A DNA stretch of 64,000 nucleotides from an uncultured Clostridium sp. (GCA_902461935.1 CABPZP010000001.1:1020-65019); one strand, 5' to 3'. Counted from the first letter of the stretch, positions 1 to 9,812 are shown. The notes: generated from the letters alone by a model not told the origin. Translations and numbers: made by a program.

Positions 1-152
1 CTGCGGCTCCCCAATAATAGATATTTAAATTTTTATTATTTTTTTGGTTTCTATTTTCTCTTCTCATATAATCCTCCTAAATAACTTTTTATTTATTAGG
101 ATTATTTCCAAAATTTTTCTTATTATACAAATTATTTTATAATTATGTTTTA

Positions 153-1154
153 TTAATAATCTATTATTTCAACTCCTGTATAAAAGTGTTTTATTATTTC
201 TTCAAAATTTGAACCTTGTTTTGCCATTGCATCTGCTCCTGTTTGACTCATTCCAACTCCGTGTCCATAACCTTTTACATTAAATTTTATTGTTGTTTCG
301 TTTATTGTGAATTCAAAGTTAGTAGATTTTAACCCAAAAATTGTTCTTGCTTCTACTCCTGATAGATTTTTGTTTCCTACTTTCAGTGTTTTTACTCTTC
401 CACTTTGTGTGTATTCTAATATTTGTATTGCGTTTTCTTCTTGCCAATTTATTTGAAAATCGCTATATTTTTCTTTTACTTTTTGCTCTAATTCTTCTTT
501 TGACATTTCAACTTCTGATGAGTATTGTGTGTAACTATCTTCTCCTGCTGTTGTTACCGACTGCAAGTATTCATATCCGCTTCCTCCCCAAACATTTATT
601 GGAATTTCTGTTGTTCCTCCACTGTTTGAATGAAAGAATGCATCTATTGGTTCTCCTTTATATGTAATAATTTTTCCTTTTGTACTATCTACTGCACTAA
701 CAATTTTATTCCAATTTGTTTCTCTTTCACTTTCTTCCCACTTGCTTAACCTATCTTCCTTTGTTATCCATGCTTGGCAACATTTAGAATCATCACATAT
801 ACTTGCACCTTCATGTTTGTTATTGCTGTGTATAATAGTATAAATTGTGTAAGTTCTTGCAACAACTGCCTGTGCTTTTAGCGCTTCTTGCTCAAAACTT
901 GCAGGCATTTCACTAGAAACTACACCATATAAGTATTCATCTAAATTTATTTTTTGAATTTCTCCTGTTTTACTATGTAATAATTTTATTGTTGAATATT
1001 CTTTATAATTATATGGTGTTTTATTTTCTTCCTTTTGTGTTTCTGCATTTTCAGAAGTTTCTACTGTTTTTGTTTCAAATTTATTTGTAAAAATAAAAGG
1101 TATTATAAAACATATAACTACAAACCCTACTATATACAAAAATATCTTTTTCAC
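153..1154 (-). CDS. spoIID: Stage II sporulation protein D (SpoIID/LytB-family lytic transglycosylase); GTG start with RBS aaaggag
   Basis: 333 aa with N-terminal TM/signal and SpoIID-type motifs (KGYGHGVGMSQTGA); lies next to the sigF operon. Confidence 0.8.
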   Translation of the reverse strand: MKKIFLYIVGFVVICFIIPFIFTNKFETKTVETSENAETQKEENKTPYNYKEYSTIKLLHSKTGEIQKINLDEYLYGVVSSEMPASFEQEALKAQAVVARTYTIYTIIHSNNKHEGASICDDSKCCQAWITKEDRLSKWEESERETNWNKIVSAVDSTKGKIITYKGEPIDAFFHSNSGGTTEIPINVWGGSGYEYLQSVTTAGEDSYTQYSSEVEMSKEELEQKVKEKYSDFQINWQEENAIQILEYTQSGRVKTLKVGNKNLSGVEARTIFGLKSTNFEFTINETTIKFNVKGYGHGVGMSQTGADAMAKQGSNFEEIIKHFYTGVEIIDY

Positions 1155-1165
1155 ATTCTTCTCCT

Positions 1166-1885
1166 TTATGATATTAATTTCACTTTCATTGAATTTAATA
1201 TTTTCTTTTCTATTCTAGATACTTGTACTTGTGATATTCCTAGTATTTTTGCTACTTGAGTCTGTGTTTTATCTTTATAATACCTTAATAATATTATTTC
1301 TTTTTCTTTTTCTTCTAAATTAGAAATTGCTTCTTTTAATGCTATATTATTTGTAATAATTTCCGATTCATCTTTATTTGATGAAATTCTATCTAAAATA
1401 TTTATTCCATCTTCATCATTTGAATTTGTTGGTGAATAAATAGATTCTACAACCTGTTTAGATTCCATTGCCATTGCTATTTCTTCTTTACTTACCTTTA
1501 GTTTACTTGCAATTTCCTCTATTCCAAGTTCGATTCCTTTTGCTAAATATTCTTTTTGAATTACTGCAATTTTAGTAGATAATTCTTTTAAGCTTCTGCT
1601 TACTTTTACAGGGCCATCATCTCTTATAAATCTCTTTATTTCCCCTAATATATATGGTACAGCATACGTTGATAGCTTTACCTCGTAATCTGTATCAAAT
1701 CTTTTTATTGCTTTTACAAAACCCATCATACCAATTTGGTATAAATCATCTATTTCATAGCCTCTACCTACAAATCTTTTAACAATATTGTAAACTAGGC
1801 CCTTATTATTTTCTACTAATTCATTAAACTTTTCTTTATCACCTTGCTTTGCAAGAATTATATCCTTTGTATTATTTTCATACAT
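1166..1885 (-). CDS. sigF: Sporulation sigma factor sigma-F
   Basis: 239 aa sigma-70 family (regions 2-4 visible, ...GLVYNIVKRF..., C-terminal HTH); immediately downstream of spoIIAB as in the spoIIA operon. Confidence 0.8.
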   Translation of the reverse strand: MYENNTKDIILAKQGDKEKFNELVENNKGLVYNIVKRFVGRGYEIDDLYQIGMMGFVKAIKRFDTDYEVKLSTYAVPYILGEIKRFIRDDGPVKVSRSLKELSTKIAVIQKEYLAKGIELGIEEIASKLKVSKEEIAMAMESKQVVESIYSPTNSNDEDGINILDRISSNKDESEIITNNIALKEAISNLEEKEKEIILLRYYKDKTQTQVAKILGISQVQVSRIEKKILNSMKVKLIS

Positions 1886-1906
1886 AGAAATTTCCTTTCT
1901 CTTTAT

Positions 1907-2395
1907 TTAATTTGCTCTCATTGAAAATTTATTTGCTCCATCAAATAAGTTTTCAATATTTTCAGGCTTTTTTATTAGTTTTTTCATTGTAACTTTTGTT
2001 CCAAGTCCTAAAACAGACTCAACTTGCATTTCATCCATAAAACTTTCCATTATAGTAAATCCCATTCCGCTTCTTTCTAAATCTCCTTTTGATGTGTATA
2101 ATGGTTGTTTTGCAAGTTCTATATTTTCAATTCCTTTTCCTGTATCAGAAATTTCTATAGAAATTGTATTGGCAAAAATTCTTGCAACAATTTTTATTAT
2201 TCCTTCTGTATTTTCATAACCATGAATAATTGAATTTGTTACAGCCTCAGATACTGCTGTTTTTATGTCTGCAAGTTCCTCTATTGTAGGATCTAATTGT
2301 GCTGCAAATGCAGCAACAGTAACACGAGCAAAAGCCTCGTTGTTAGATTTACTTAAAAATTCCAATTTCATTTCATTTTCATATAAACTTTTCAT
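1907..2395 (-). CDS. spoIIAB: Anti-sigma F factor (serine kinase) SpoIIAB; start chosen at [13 protein letters not shown] (RBS gaaagg upstream). The longer ORF to 2458 runs into a repeat
   Basis: N-terminus matches SpoIIAB ([24 protein letters not shown]) and has a GHKL ATPase fold signature; the extension beyond 2395 is translated repeat sequence. Confidence 0.8.
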   Translation of the reverse strand: MKSLYENEMKLEFLSKSNNEAFARVTVAAFAAQLDPTIEELADIKTAVSEAVTNSIIHGYENTEGIIKIVARIFANTISIEISDTGKGIENIELAKQPLYTSKGDLERSGMGFTIMESFMDEMQVESVLGLGTKVTMKKLIKKPENIENLFDGANKFSMRAN

Positions 2396-2430
2396 TTTAA
2401 ATTTCCTTTCTTTTTTGTTATTTTCTATAA

Positions 2431-2526
2431 GGGCATACAGAAGTGTCTGCCCCAACAATGTTTAAGATTATTTTTATTAATTTTTTCGGGTCGCCGGGGA
2501 CGTCGACCCCTACAACGTTTGACATT
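2431..2526 (+). repeat. Two tandem family-A REP-like elements (a degenerate copy at 2431-2466 and a canonical copy at 2487-2526) inside the spoIIAA-spoIIAB spacer
   Basis: cgggtcgccggggacgtcgacccCTACAACGTTTGACATT; near-palindrome plus conserved tail. Confidence 0.8.
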
Positions 2527-2537
2527 ATTTTTTATAA

Positions 2538-2760
2538 CATAATAAATATATTTGTTTTGAAATACCGCGTAAGCGACCAAACGAGCAGACTTTCTGCGAG
2601 TGCGATTTGGAGCAATCTTCCTTTTTTTAATTTATATTTTAGCTATGTAAATATATAAAATAATTTTATATAAAATTAATTCTGTGCTAAATGGTCTATT
2701 GACCATTTTCAAATCCGAAGATTGCGACACCAAGGTATAAAAAACAATATATTTATTATG
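2538..2760. mobile_element. Family-B MITE-like palindromic element, full copy 1
   Basis: TIR cataataaatatatttgttttgaaatacc / ggtataaaaaacaatatatttattatg; internal gcaatcttc/gaagattgc subterminal inverted repeat; aatggtctattgaccatt hairpin. Confidence 0.75.
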
Positions 2761-2788
2761 TTTATTATTTTATATTGACATTTTTTTA

Positions 2789-3115
2789 TCAAATAGCAAA
2801 TTTAAAATTATCATAAATAGGTATAACCTTTAGTGCTCCTGACATTTCTAAAATCTTTTTTGTACTTTTACTTACATTTATTAACCCTAAATCTCCACTA
2901 AGCATTGTAGCAAGTTTAAATCTACCAAGTAAAAATCCTATTCCGCTACTATCCATGAAGTTAACACTATTAAAATCAAATATAACTTTTTTAGGCATAT
3001 GTCTTTCAATTTCATAATCTATTTTCCTCCTTAGTTCTTCTGTTTTACAATGGTCTATTTCTTCAGTTAATTCAACAAGCAATAACTTGTCCTTTTCTAG
3101 ATAATTTATTTTCAA
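2789..3115 (-). CDS. spoIIAA: Anti-sigma F factor antagonist SpoIIAA (STAS domain)
   Basis: 108 aa STAS protein (..FNSVNFMDSSGIGFLLGR..), RBS gaggagg; upstream of spoIIAB and sigF. Confidence 0.8.
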   Translation of the reverse strand: MKINYLEKDKLLLVELTEEIDHCKTEELRRKIDYEIERHMPKKVIFDFNSVNFMDSSGIGFLLGRFKLATMLSGDLGLINVSKSTKKILEMSGALKVIPIYDNFKFAI

Positions 3116-3375
3116 ATTAATTACCTCCTCTTTAGTTTTTTATAATTATACTCTTACTGGTAATTTTTTCCAATAGCAAAACATAGGAAGTTTTAGCGAA
3201 AAATAAGAACTTTTCGACAAAAAAATCCACACATAAAATATGTGGATTTTTTTATTTTTCTATTATGTATAAATATATGGTAAATATAAATTGTTGCATA
3301 ATTATTGTAATTTTTAACAAATACTAATGTAATTACATATAATTTATAAGAAATTTGTATTTTGGAGGATTTGTA

Positions 3376-5223
3376 ATGTGTGGTTTAGTTGGTTTTGTTA
3401 ACTATAAAAAAGATGTTAGTTCTTACAAAAATGTTTTGTGTAATATGACTGAATCTCTTCAAAAAAGAGGTCCTGATGAACTTGGTTATTACATAAACGA
3501 TAATGTTGCTCTCGGTCATAGACGTTTAATTGTTATTGACCCAGATGGCGGTAAGCAACCTATGATTGAAACATATTCTTATGGCGAATATGTTATTGTT
3601 TACAATGGTCAAATTTATAATACAAAAGAATTAAGAAAAACTTTAATTGAAAATGGTTTTGAATTTTCTGGACATTGCGATACAGAAGTTTTACTTAAAA
3701 GTTTCATTCATTATGGTTACGATGTTCCTAAGCATTTGAATGGTATTTTTTCTTTTGCTATTTGGAACACCGCTAAACATGAATTATTTCTAGCAAGAGA
3801 TCATTTTGGAATTAAACCTTTATTTTATACTTTTTGTAATGATTCTTTAATTTTTGCTTCAGAAATTAAAGCATTATTTAAATATCCTGGTGTAGATAAA
3901 GTTTTAGCTACTCAAGGCATTTCAGAATTATTTGGAATAGGTCCTGCTCATACTCCTGGAACAACTGTATTTAAAAATATTTTTGAAATAAAACCTGCTC
4001 ATTTTGGAATTTATAATAAAGATGGTTTGCATTTAGAAAGATATTGGAAATTGGAAACTAAAAAACATACAGATAATTTTGAAGAAACTTGTGATAAGGT
4101 TCATTTTTTATTAGATGATGCTATTCAAAGGCAGCTTGTTTCAGATGCTCCTTTATGTGTTATGCTTTCAGGTGGTTTAGATTCTAGCATTATTGTTGCA
4201 TATGCTAGTAACTATTGTAAAAAGAATGGCTTAAAACCAATAGATACTTTTTCCGTGGACTATGTAGATAATGATAAAAACTTTGTAAAAAGTGATTTTC
4301 AACCTAATTCTGATAATTATTATATAGATTTAATGAGAAAAAAATTTGAAACAAATCATCATAAAATAGTAATAGATACACCAGAACTAGCTGAAAGTTT
4401 AGAAGATGCAATGATAGCGCGTGATTTTCCTGGTATGGCAGATGTTGATTCTTCTTTTTTACTATTTTGCAAAAACATAAAAAAAGAAGCTACAGTTTGT
4501 TTGTCTGGTGAGTGTTCAGATGAAATTTTTGCAGGCTATCCTTGGTTTTTCCGTGAAGATGCCCTAAACAGTGGAACTTTTCCTTGGTCTATAGCAATAG
4601 ATGAAAGACAACAAATATTAAATCCTAGTATTGGAGAAAAAATCAATTTAAAAGATTATATAGATTTTAGATATAATGAGAGCTTAAATGAAATAGAGTT
4701 TTTGGATTCAGATTCAAAAGAAACTACAGAAAAAAGAAAGATAACTTATTTAACAATGAACTGGTTTATGCAAACACTTTTAGATAGGTCGGATAGAACT
4801 TCTATGTACAACGGTTTAGAGCTTCGTGTACCTTTCTGCGATTATAGATTAGTTCAATATATGTGGAATGTACCTTGGGAAATGAAAGCTTTAAATGGCA
4901 GAGAAAAAGGATTACTTCGTTATGTTGTAAAAGATTTATTACCAACAGAAATTGTAGATAGAAAAAAATCACCGTATCCTAAAACACATAACCCAAACTA
5001 TTTAGCCAAAGTTAAACAAATGCTTACAGAAATAATGAATAAGCCTGATGCACCTATTAATGAATTATTAAATAGAAAATATATTTTGGAAATACTAGAA
5101 ACTGACGGAAAAGCATTTTCAAGACCATGGTTTGGTCAGCTTATGACTGGTCCTCAACTTATGGCTTATTTATGTCAGGTTAATATGTGGCTTGAAAGGT
5201 ATCAACCTAAAATAGAATTATAA
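3376..5223 (+). CDS. asnB: Asparagine synthase (glutamine-hydrolysing)
   Basis: Class-II amidotransferase N-terminus with catalytic Cys2 (MCGLVGF) right after RBS ggagg; asparagine synthase domain; 615 aa from the corrected start. Confidence 0.85.
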   Translation: MCGLVGFVNYKKDVSSYKNVLCNMTESLQKRGPDELGYYINDNVALGHRRLIVIDPDGGKQPMIETYSYGEYVIVYNGQIYNTKELRKTLIENGFEFSGHCDTEVLLKSFIHYGYDVPKHLNGIFSFAIWNTAKHELFLARDHFGIKPLFYTFCNDSLIFASEIKALFKYPGVDKVLATQGISELFGIGPAHTPGTTVFKNIFEIKPAHFGIYNKDGLHLERYWKLETKKHTDNFEETCDKVHFLLDDAIQRQLVSDAPLCVMLSGGLDSSIIVAYASNYCKKNGLKPIDTFSVDYVDNDKNFVKSDFQPNSDNYYIDLMRKKFETNHHKIVIDTPELAESLEDAMIARDFPGMADVDSSFLLFCKNIKKEATVCLSGECSDEIFAGYPWFFREDALNSGTFPWSIAIDERQQILNPSIGEKINLKDYIDFRYNESLNEIEFLDSDSKETTEKRKITYLTMNWFMQTLLDRSDRTSMYNGLELRVPFCDYRLVQYMWNVPWEMKALNGREKGLLRYVVKDLLPTEIVDRKKSPYPKTHNPNYLAKVKQMLTEIMNKPDAPINELLNRKYILEILETDGKAFSRPWFGQLMTGPQLMAYLCQVNMWLERYQPKIEL

Positions 5224-5240
5224 AAATAAAAAAGCCACAC

Positions 5241-5352
5241 GGGGTCGCACTAAGAACGACGACCCCTACAGCGTCTGATATGATATTTTATAAAAAACAA
5301 TTTATTTGTCATTTTATATTATCGGGTCGTCGAGGACGCCGACCCCTACAAC
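5241..5352 (+). repeat. Two family-A elements (5241-5279, with a 12-nt insert in the hairpin, and 5324-5352) between convergent asnB and tdk
   Basis: ggggtcgcactaagaacgacgacccCTACAGCGTCTGAT and cgggtcgtcgaggacgccgacccCTACAAC. Confidence 0.75.
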
Positions 5353-5429
5353 AAAAATAGAATTTTTTTATAATAAAAGGTCGCTAACCCTAGGCTACTT
5401 TTTCAGCAGCCTCGCTAACCCGAGGCCTT

Positions 5430-5966
5430 TTACTCACCTCTTATTAATTTTTCATAGCAACTGCTACATACTGGCATGTATTGACTGTCACCTATTAAGA
5501 TGTCTCCATCTTTTTTTGTTTTACAATAACTGTATACAGCATTTTCCGATTTACAACATTCACATATTGATGTCATCATTTTTACATTGTCTGAATTGCA
5601 AAGTAATTCTCCCATTTTTCCAAATGGTTTTCGTTCTGCTGTTAGGTTTAGTCCAGATATAAAGAATTTCTTTCCTTTTGAAGCTAGTTTTTGTATTGTA
5701 TTTACATCGCCTTCTAAAAATTGAAATTCGTCTATACAATATACATCTGCATCGTAATCTTCTATTTCATTTATACTTTTTATATTTATTGCAGGAAATT
5801 TATTTCCATTTCTATCTGCTATATCATCATTTGAAAATCTATTGTCTATTATTGGTTTAAATACTTTTACGTCTTTACCTGCTATAGATTGTCTATTTGC
5901 TGCATTTATTAGCATTTGACTTTTACCACATTTCATTGGTCCTGAAAAAACATTTATATTTCCCAT
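5430..5966 (-). CDS. tdk: Thymidine kinase
   Basis: P-loop GPMKCGKS plus C-terminal zinc ribbon (CxxC..CxxC); start at MGNINV with RBS ggag-N6. Confidence 0.85.
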   Translation of the reverse strand: MGNINVFSGPMKCGKSQMLINAANRQSIAGKDVKVFKPIIDNRFSNDDIADRNGNKFPAINIKSINEIEDYDADVYCIDEFQFLEGDVNTIQKLASKGKKFFISGLNLTAERKPFGKMGELLCNSDNVKMMTSICECCKSENAVYSYCKTKKDGDILIGDSQYMPVCSSCYEKLIRGE

Positions 5967-5981
5967 TTTTTTCTCCATGTT

Positions 5982-6287
5982 TTATCTTTCTTTTTCTTCT
6001 ATTTCTTTTATTATTTTATCTACATTTCTTTGTTGCGGATTTGGTGAGTTAGTTAAATATCTTTTTACATGTTTTTCTTCTATCTCTTTTGCTTCCTTTA
6101 ATATTTTATTTTTTTCTCCTTTTATGATCTTATTTACAGCGCTTTGACCTGTTGCTTTCATTATTTCTTCTGCTTTTCTTTTTTCTTCACTTTCACGTGC
6201 TTTTTCTTGTTCTATAATTTCGTTTACTTTTTTTTGCTTTGTTCCTTTAAGAATTTCTTCTATTCTTCTTTTTTCTTCCTTTTTCAT
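5982..6287 (-). CDS. Small Lys/Glu-rich protein with about 22-aa internal repeats (xEEI(L/M)KxTxQ..VNxII)
   Basis: 101 aa ORF, low complexity with three internal repeats; no family recognised. Confidence 0.4.
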   Translation of the reverse strand: MKKEEKRRIEEILKGTKQKKVNEIIEQEKARESEEKRKAEEIMKATGQSAVNKIIKGEKNKILKEAKEIEEKHVKRYLTNSPNPQQRNVDKIIKEIEEKER

Positions 6288-6300
6288 AATTACACCTCTT

Positions 6301-8913
6301 CTATTTCATTTTTTCCTTTATTCTCACTAAAACATTTAATGCATCTATTGGTGTTAGTTCATTTAAGTTTATTTTATCTACTTCATGTGCTATTTCTGCT
6401 AGCTTATAATTAAACATATCAAATTGTCCTTCTACAACTTTTTTGCTTTCTTTTTCTTGTTTTTTACCATTTAATATATTTTTCTTTTCTAAACTTTTTA
6501 GTATTCCATCTGCTCTTTGTGTTACTGTTTTTGGAACTCCTGCTAGTCTTGCAACATGTATTCCATAGCTTTCATCTGTTCCACCACTTATAATTTTTCT
6601 TAAGAAAATTATATCTTCGCCTTTTTCTTTTACGGCTATTGAATAATTTTTTACTCCATCTAATTTTTCTTCAAGCTCTGTTAATTCATGGTAATGTGTT
6701 GCAAATAGAGTTTTTGCTCCACATTTTTCTTTATCAGCTATATATTCAGCAACTGCCCACGCAATAGATAGTCCGTCATATGTAGAAGTTCCTCTACCTA
6801 TTTCGTCTAGAATAACTAAACTATTTTCTGTTGCTTCTTTTAAAATTGTTGCAACTTCCATCATTTCTACCATAAATGTACTTTGTCCCATGCTTAAGTC
6901 ATCTGATGCTCCAACTCTAGTAAATATTTTATCTACAACACCTATTTTTGCTTCTGTTGCTGGTACAAAACTTCCTATTTGAGCCATTAGTGTAATTAAT
7001 GCTACTTGTCTCATATAGGTTGATTTACCTGCCATATTAGGTCCTGTTATAATAGATAGTCTGTCTTCATCTTTATCTAAATATGTATCATTTGCAATAA
7101 AACTTCCTACTCCTAGCATTTTTTCTATAACAGGATGTCTTCCTTCTTTTATATCTATTTTTCCTGAATTATCAACAAGTGGCATGCAATAATTCATATC
7201 TTCTGCAACTGTTGCAAATGAAGTTAAAACATCTAGTGTTGAAACTACATTACTTGATTTTTGCAATCTTTTTATATTTTTTGCTATTTCACATCTTATC
7301 TCTACAAATGCATTATATTCTAGATTTATAACTTTTTCTTCTGCTCCAAGTACTTGGTTTTCTATATTTTTTAATTCTTCTGTTATATATCTTTCTGCAT
7401 TTGTTAATGTTTGTTTACGTACATATCTTTCTGGTACTTGACTTAAATTTGATTTTGTAACTTCTATAAAATATCCAAAAACTTTGTTATAACCTATTTT
7501 TAAATTTTTAATTCCTGTTTTTTCTCTTTCTTCTGCTTCTAATTTAATTATCCAATTTTTTCCTTCTGTTGTGGCTGTTTTTAATTTATCTATTTCTTCA
7601 TCATATCCAATTTTTATCATTCCACCATCTTTCATTGTCATTGGTGGATCTTCAACTATAGATTTTTCTATTAAAGCTTTCACATCTTGCAATTCATCTA
7701 AGTTAATATATAATTCTTTTAGCATTTCTGAATTGCATTTTGATAATATTTCTTTTAACTCTGGCAATTTCATTAATGAATTTTTTAGAGTTATCATGTC
7801 TCTTGCATTTGCATTTCCATATGCCATTTTTCCTGCTAAACGTTCTATATCATACACTTTTTTTAGTGCTTCTATTATATCTCCTTTTAGCATTAAATTA
7901 TCTTTTAGTTCTTTAACTGCATTTAGCCTTTTATTTATTTCTATTGTGTCTATTAATGGGTCACTTATCCATCTGCGTAATGCTCTACCACCCATACTTG
8001 TAGAGGTTTTATCTAGTACCCATAAAAGAGTTCCTTTTTTAGATTTGTCTCTCATTTTTTCTGTTAATTCGAGATTTCTTCTTGCATTTATATCTAAAGA
8101 CATATATTTAGAAATACTATATAAAACTATTTTATTAATACTATCTAATGTAGTCATTTGAGTTTGTTCTATATAACTAATTAAAGCATTTATAGAAGCA
8201 ATTGCAATTTTTTTATCTTCTAAATCCTTTACTTCATTTCCTTTATTATCTACATATGTAAATCTTGTTTCTATATCTAAGCAATCTGTATCAAAGAATT
8301 TATCATTAAATTTTGTTATATAAACATCAAATCTTTCTTTTATTGTATCAATTTCTTCCGTGCAATCTGACATCATACTGTTTATTACAAGTTCACTCGG
8401 ATTATATCTTGCAATTTCATCTAATAATTGTGGGAAATTTTGAGTATCTTTAATCTCTGCTGAATAAAATTCTCCTGTTGTAATATCACATACACTTATT
8501 CCAAAGTAAATTCCTGTTTTAAATATACTCATTATGAAATTGTTTTTTCTTTCTTCTAGCATATTACTTTCTACAACTGTACCTGGTGTAACAACTTTTA
8601 TTACTCCTCTTTTTACTATACCTTTTGCTTGTTTTGGATCTTCTAGCTGTTCACATATTGCAACTTTATATCCTTTTGAAACAAGTTTTGAAATATACAT
8701 TTCAGCTGCATGATGTGGTATTCCTGCCATAGGAGCTCTTTCCGCTTGTCCACAATCTTTTCCTGTTAATGTTATTTCTAATTCTCTTGCAACTAAAATT
8801 GCATCATCAAAAAACATTTCATAAAAATCACCTAATCTGTAAAAAAGGATACAATCTTTATATTCTTCTTTGGTTTCAAGATATTTTTGCATCATTGGAG
8901 AATATTCTGCCAT
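6301..8913 (-). CDS. mutS: DNA mismatch repair protein MutS
   Basis: 870 aa; N-terminal mismatch-binding region (GDFYEMFFDDA), Walker A GPNMAGKST, complete C-terminus. Confidence 0.9.
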   Translation of the reverse strand: MAEYSPMMQKYLETKEEYKDCILFYRLGDFYEMFFDDAILVARELEITLTGKDCGQAERAPMAGIPHHAAEMYISKLVSKGYKVAICEQLEDPKQAKGIVKRGVIKVVTPGTVVESNMLEERKNNFIMSIFKTGIYFGISVCDITTGEFYSAEIKDTQNFPQLLDEIARYNPSELVINSMMSDCTEEIDTIKERFDVYITKFNDKFFDTDCLDIETRFTYVDNKGNEVKDLEDKKIAIASINALISYIEQTQMTTLDSINKIVLYSISKYMSLDINARRNLELTEKMRDKSKKGTLLWVLDKTSTSMGGRALRRWISDPLIDTIEINKRLNAVKELKDNLMLKGDIIEALKKVYDIERLAGKMAYGNANARDMITLKNSLMKLPELKEILSKCNSEMLKELYINLDELQDVKALIEKSIVEDPPMTMKDGGMIKIGYDEEIDKLKTATTEGKNWIIKLEAEEREKTGIKNLKIGYNKVFGYFIEVTKSNLSQVPERYVRKQTLTNAERYITEELKNIENQVLGAEEKVINLEYNAFVEIRCEIAKNIKRLQKSSNVVSTLDVLTSFATVAEDMNYCMPLVDNSGKIDIKEGRHPVIEKMLGVGSFIANDTYLDKDEDRLSIITGPNMAGKSTYMRQVALITLMAQIGSFVPATEAKIGVVDKIFTRVGASDDLSMGQSTFMVEMMEVATILKEATENSLVILDEIGRGTSTYDGLSIAWAVAEYIADKEKCGAKTLFATHYHELTELEEKLDGVKNYSIAVKEKGEDIIFLRKIISGGTDESYGIHVARLAGVPKTVTQRADGILKSLEKKNILNGKKQEKESKKVVEGQFDMFNYKLAEIAHEVDKINLNELTPIDALNVLVRIKEKMK

Positions 8914-8928
8914 TTGTTATTCCTCTTT

Positions 8929-9798
8929 CTATTTTAATAATTCTTCTAGTTCTTGTTTTGTAAATTCATATTTTTTATTACAAAATTGACAAGTTGTTTC
9001 TATTTTATCTTGAGTTTCTATTAATTTCTTTAGTTCTTCTTTTCCAAGAGATATTAAGCCTCTTTCAAATCTTTTCTTATTACAATCGCATTGGTATTTT
9101 GGATTAATATCATCTTCAATTAATTTTATATCTTCATCTCCGGTTATTTTTTTTGCAATTTCTTCTAAACTTAATTTTTCATCTAACATTTTTGAAATTG
9201 CTCCTGCTTTAAAAATATTTTGCTCTATGTTTGATATATCTTCATTGGTTGCATCTGGCATTGGTTTTATTATATAACCTCCAGCAGATTTTACTCCATT
9301 TTTATCTACTAAAACACCTACTGCAACTGCTGCATCTTGACCTTCTGATTTCACAAAATAATTTGCAAAATCATCTCCGATTTCTCCAGATACTAATGGC
9401 ACCATTCCTACATATGGTTCTTTTAAGCCAATATCTTTTATTACATTTATAAATCCATCAAATCCCACTGCTCCACCTACATCAAGTTTTCCATCTTCAT
9501 TTAATGGTATATCTACAACTGTGTTTTTAGCATAACCTTTTATTTCATTATTACTATTTGCAATTGTTACCATACTTTCTATTGGTCCATTTGCTTTTAT
9601 TTGTATTGTTAATTTATCTTCTTTGTTTTTTAAATCTGTTGCCATTAAACTTGTAACTGTTAATAATCTACCTAATGCAGCTGTTACAACTGGACTTAAA
9701 TCGTGTATTTTTCTTGTTTCTTCTACAAGTGTTGTTGTATCGCAACATATTACATTTATTCTTCCATTATATGCTAAAAACTTATTAATTTTGTCCAT
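8929..9798 (-). CDS. hslO: Hsp33 redox-regulated chaperone
   Basis: 289 aa with the C-terminal CxC...CxxC zinc centre (QCDCN....CQFCNKKY). Confidence 0.8.
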   Translation of the reverse strand: MDKINKFLAYNGRINVICCDTTTLVEETRKIHDLSPVVTAALGRLLTVTSLMATDLKNKEDKLTIQIKANGPIESMVTIANSNNEIKGYAKNTVVDIPLNEDGKLDVGGAVGFDGFINVIKDIGLKEPYVGMVPLVSGEIGDDFANYFVKSEGQDAAVAVGVLVDKNGVKSAGGYIIKPMPDATNEDISNIEQNIFKAGAISKMLDEKLSLEEIAKKITGDEDIKLIEDDINPKYQCDCNKKRFERGLISLGKEELKKLIETQDKIETTCQFCNKKYEFTKQELEELLK

Positions 9799-9812
9799 CT
9801 TATTCTCTCTTT

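Noticed and set aside
3225-3255. Hairpin aaatccacacat-aaaa-tatgtggattt between the divergent spoIIAA and asnB genes
   Set aside because: A terminator between divergent promoters is hard to rationalise. It could be an attenuator or a relic, with no supporting motif.
5381-5440. Direct 10-bp repeat TCGCTAACCC (x2) and small hairpins between asnB and tdk
   Set aside because: It is short and overlaps the tdk stop codon. It is plausibly just a weak bidirectional terminator, and too little signal to call a feature.
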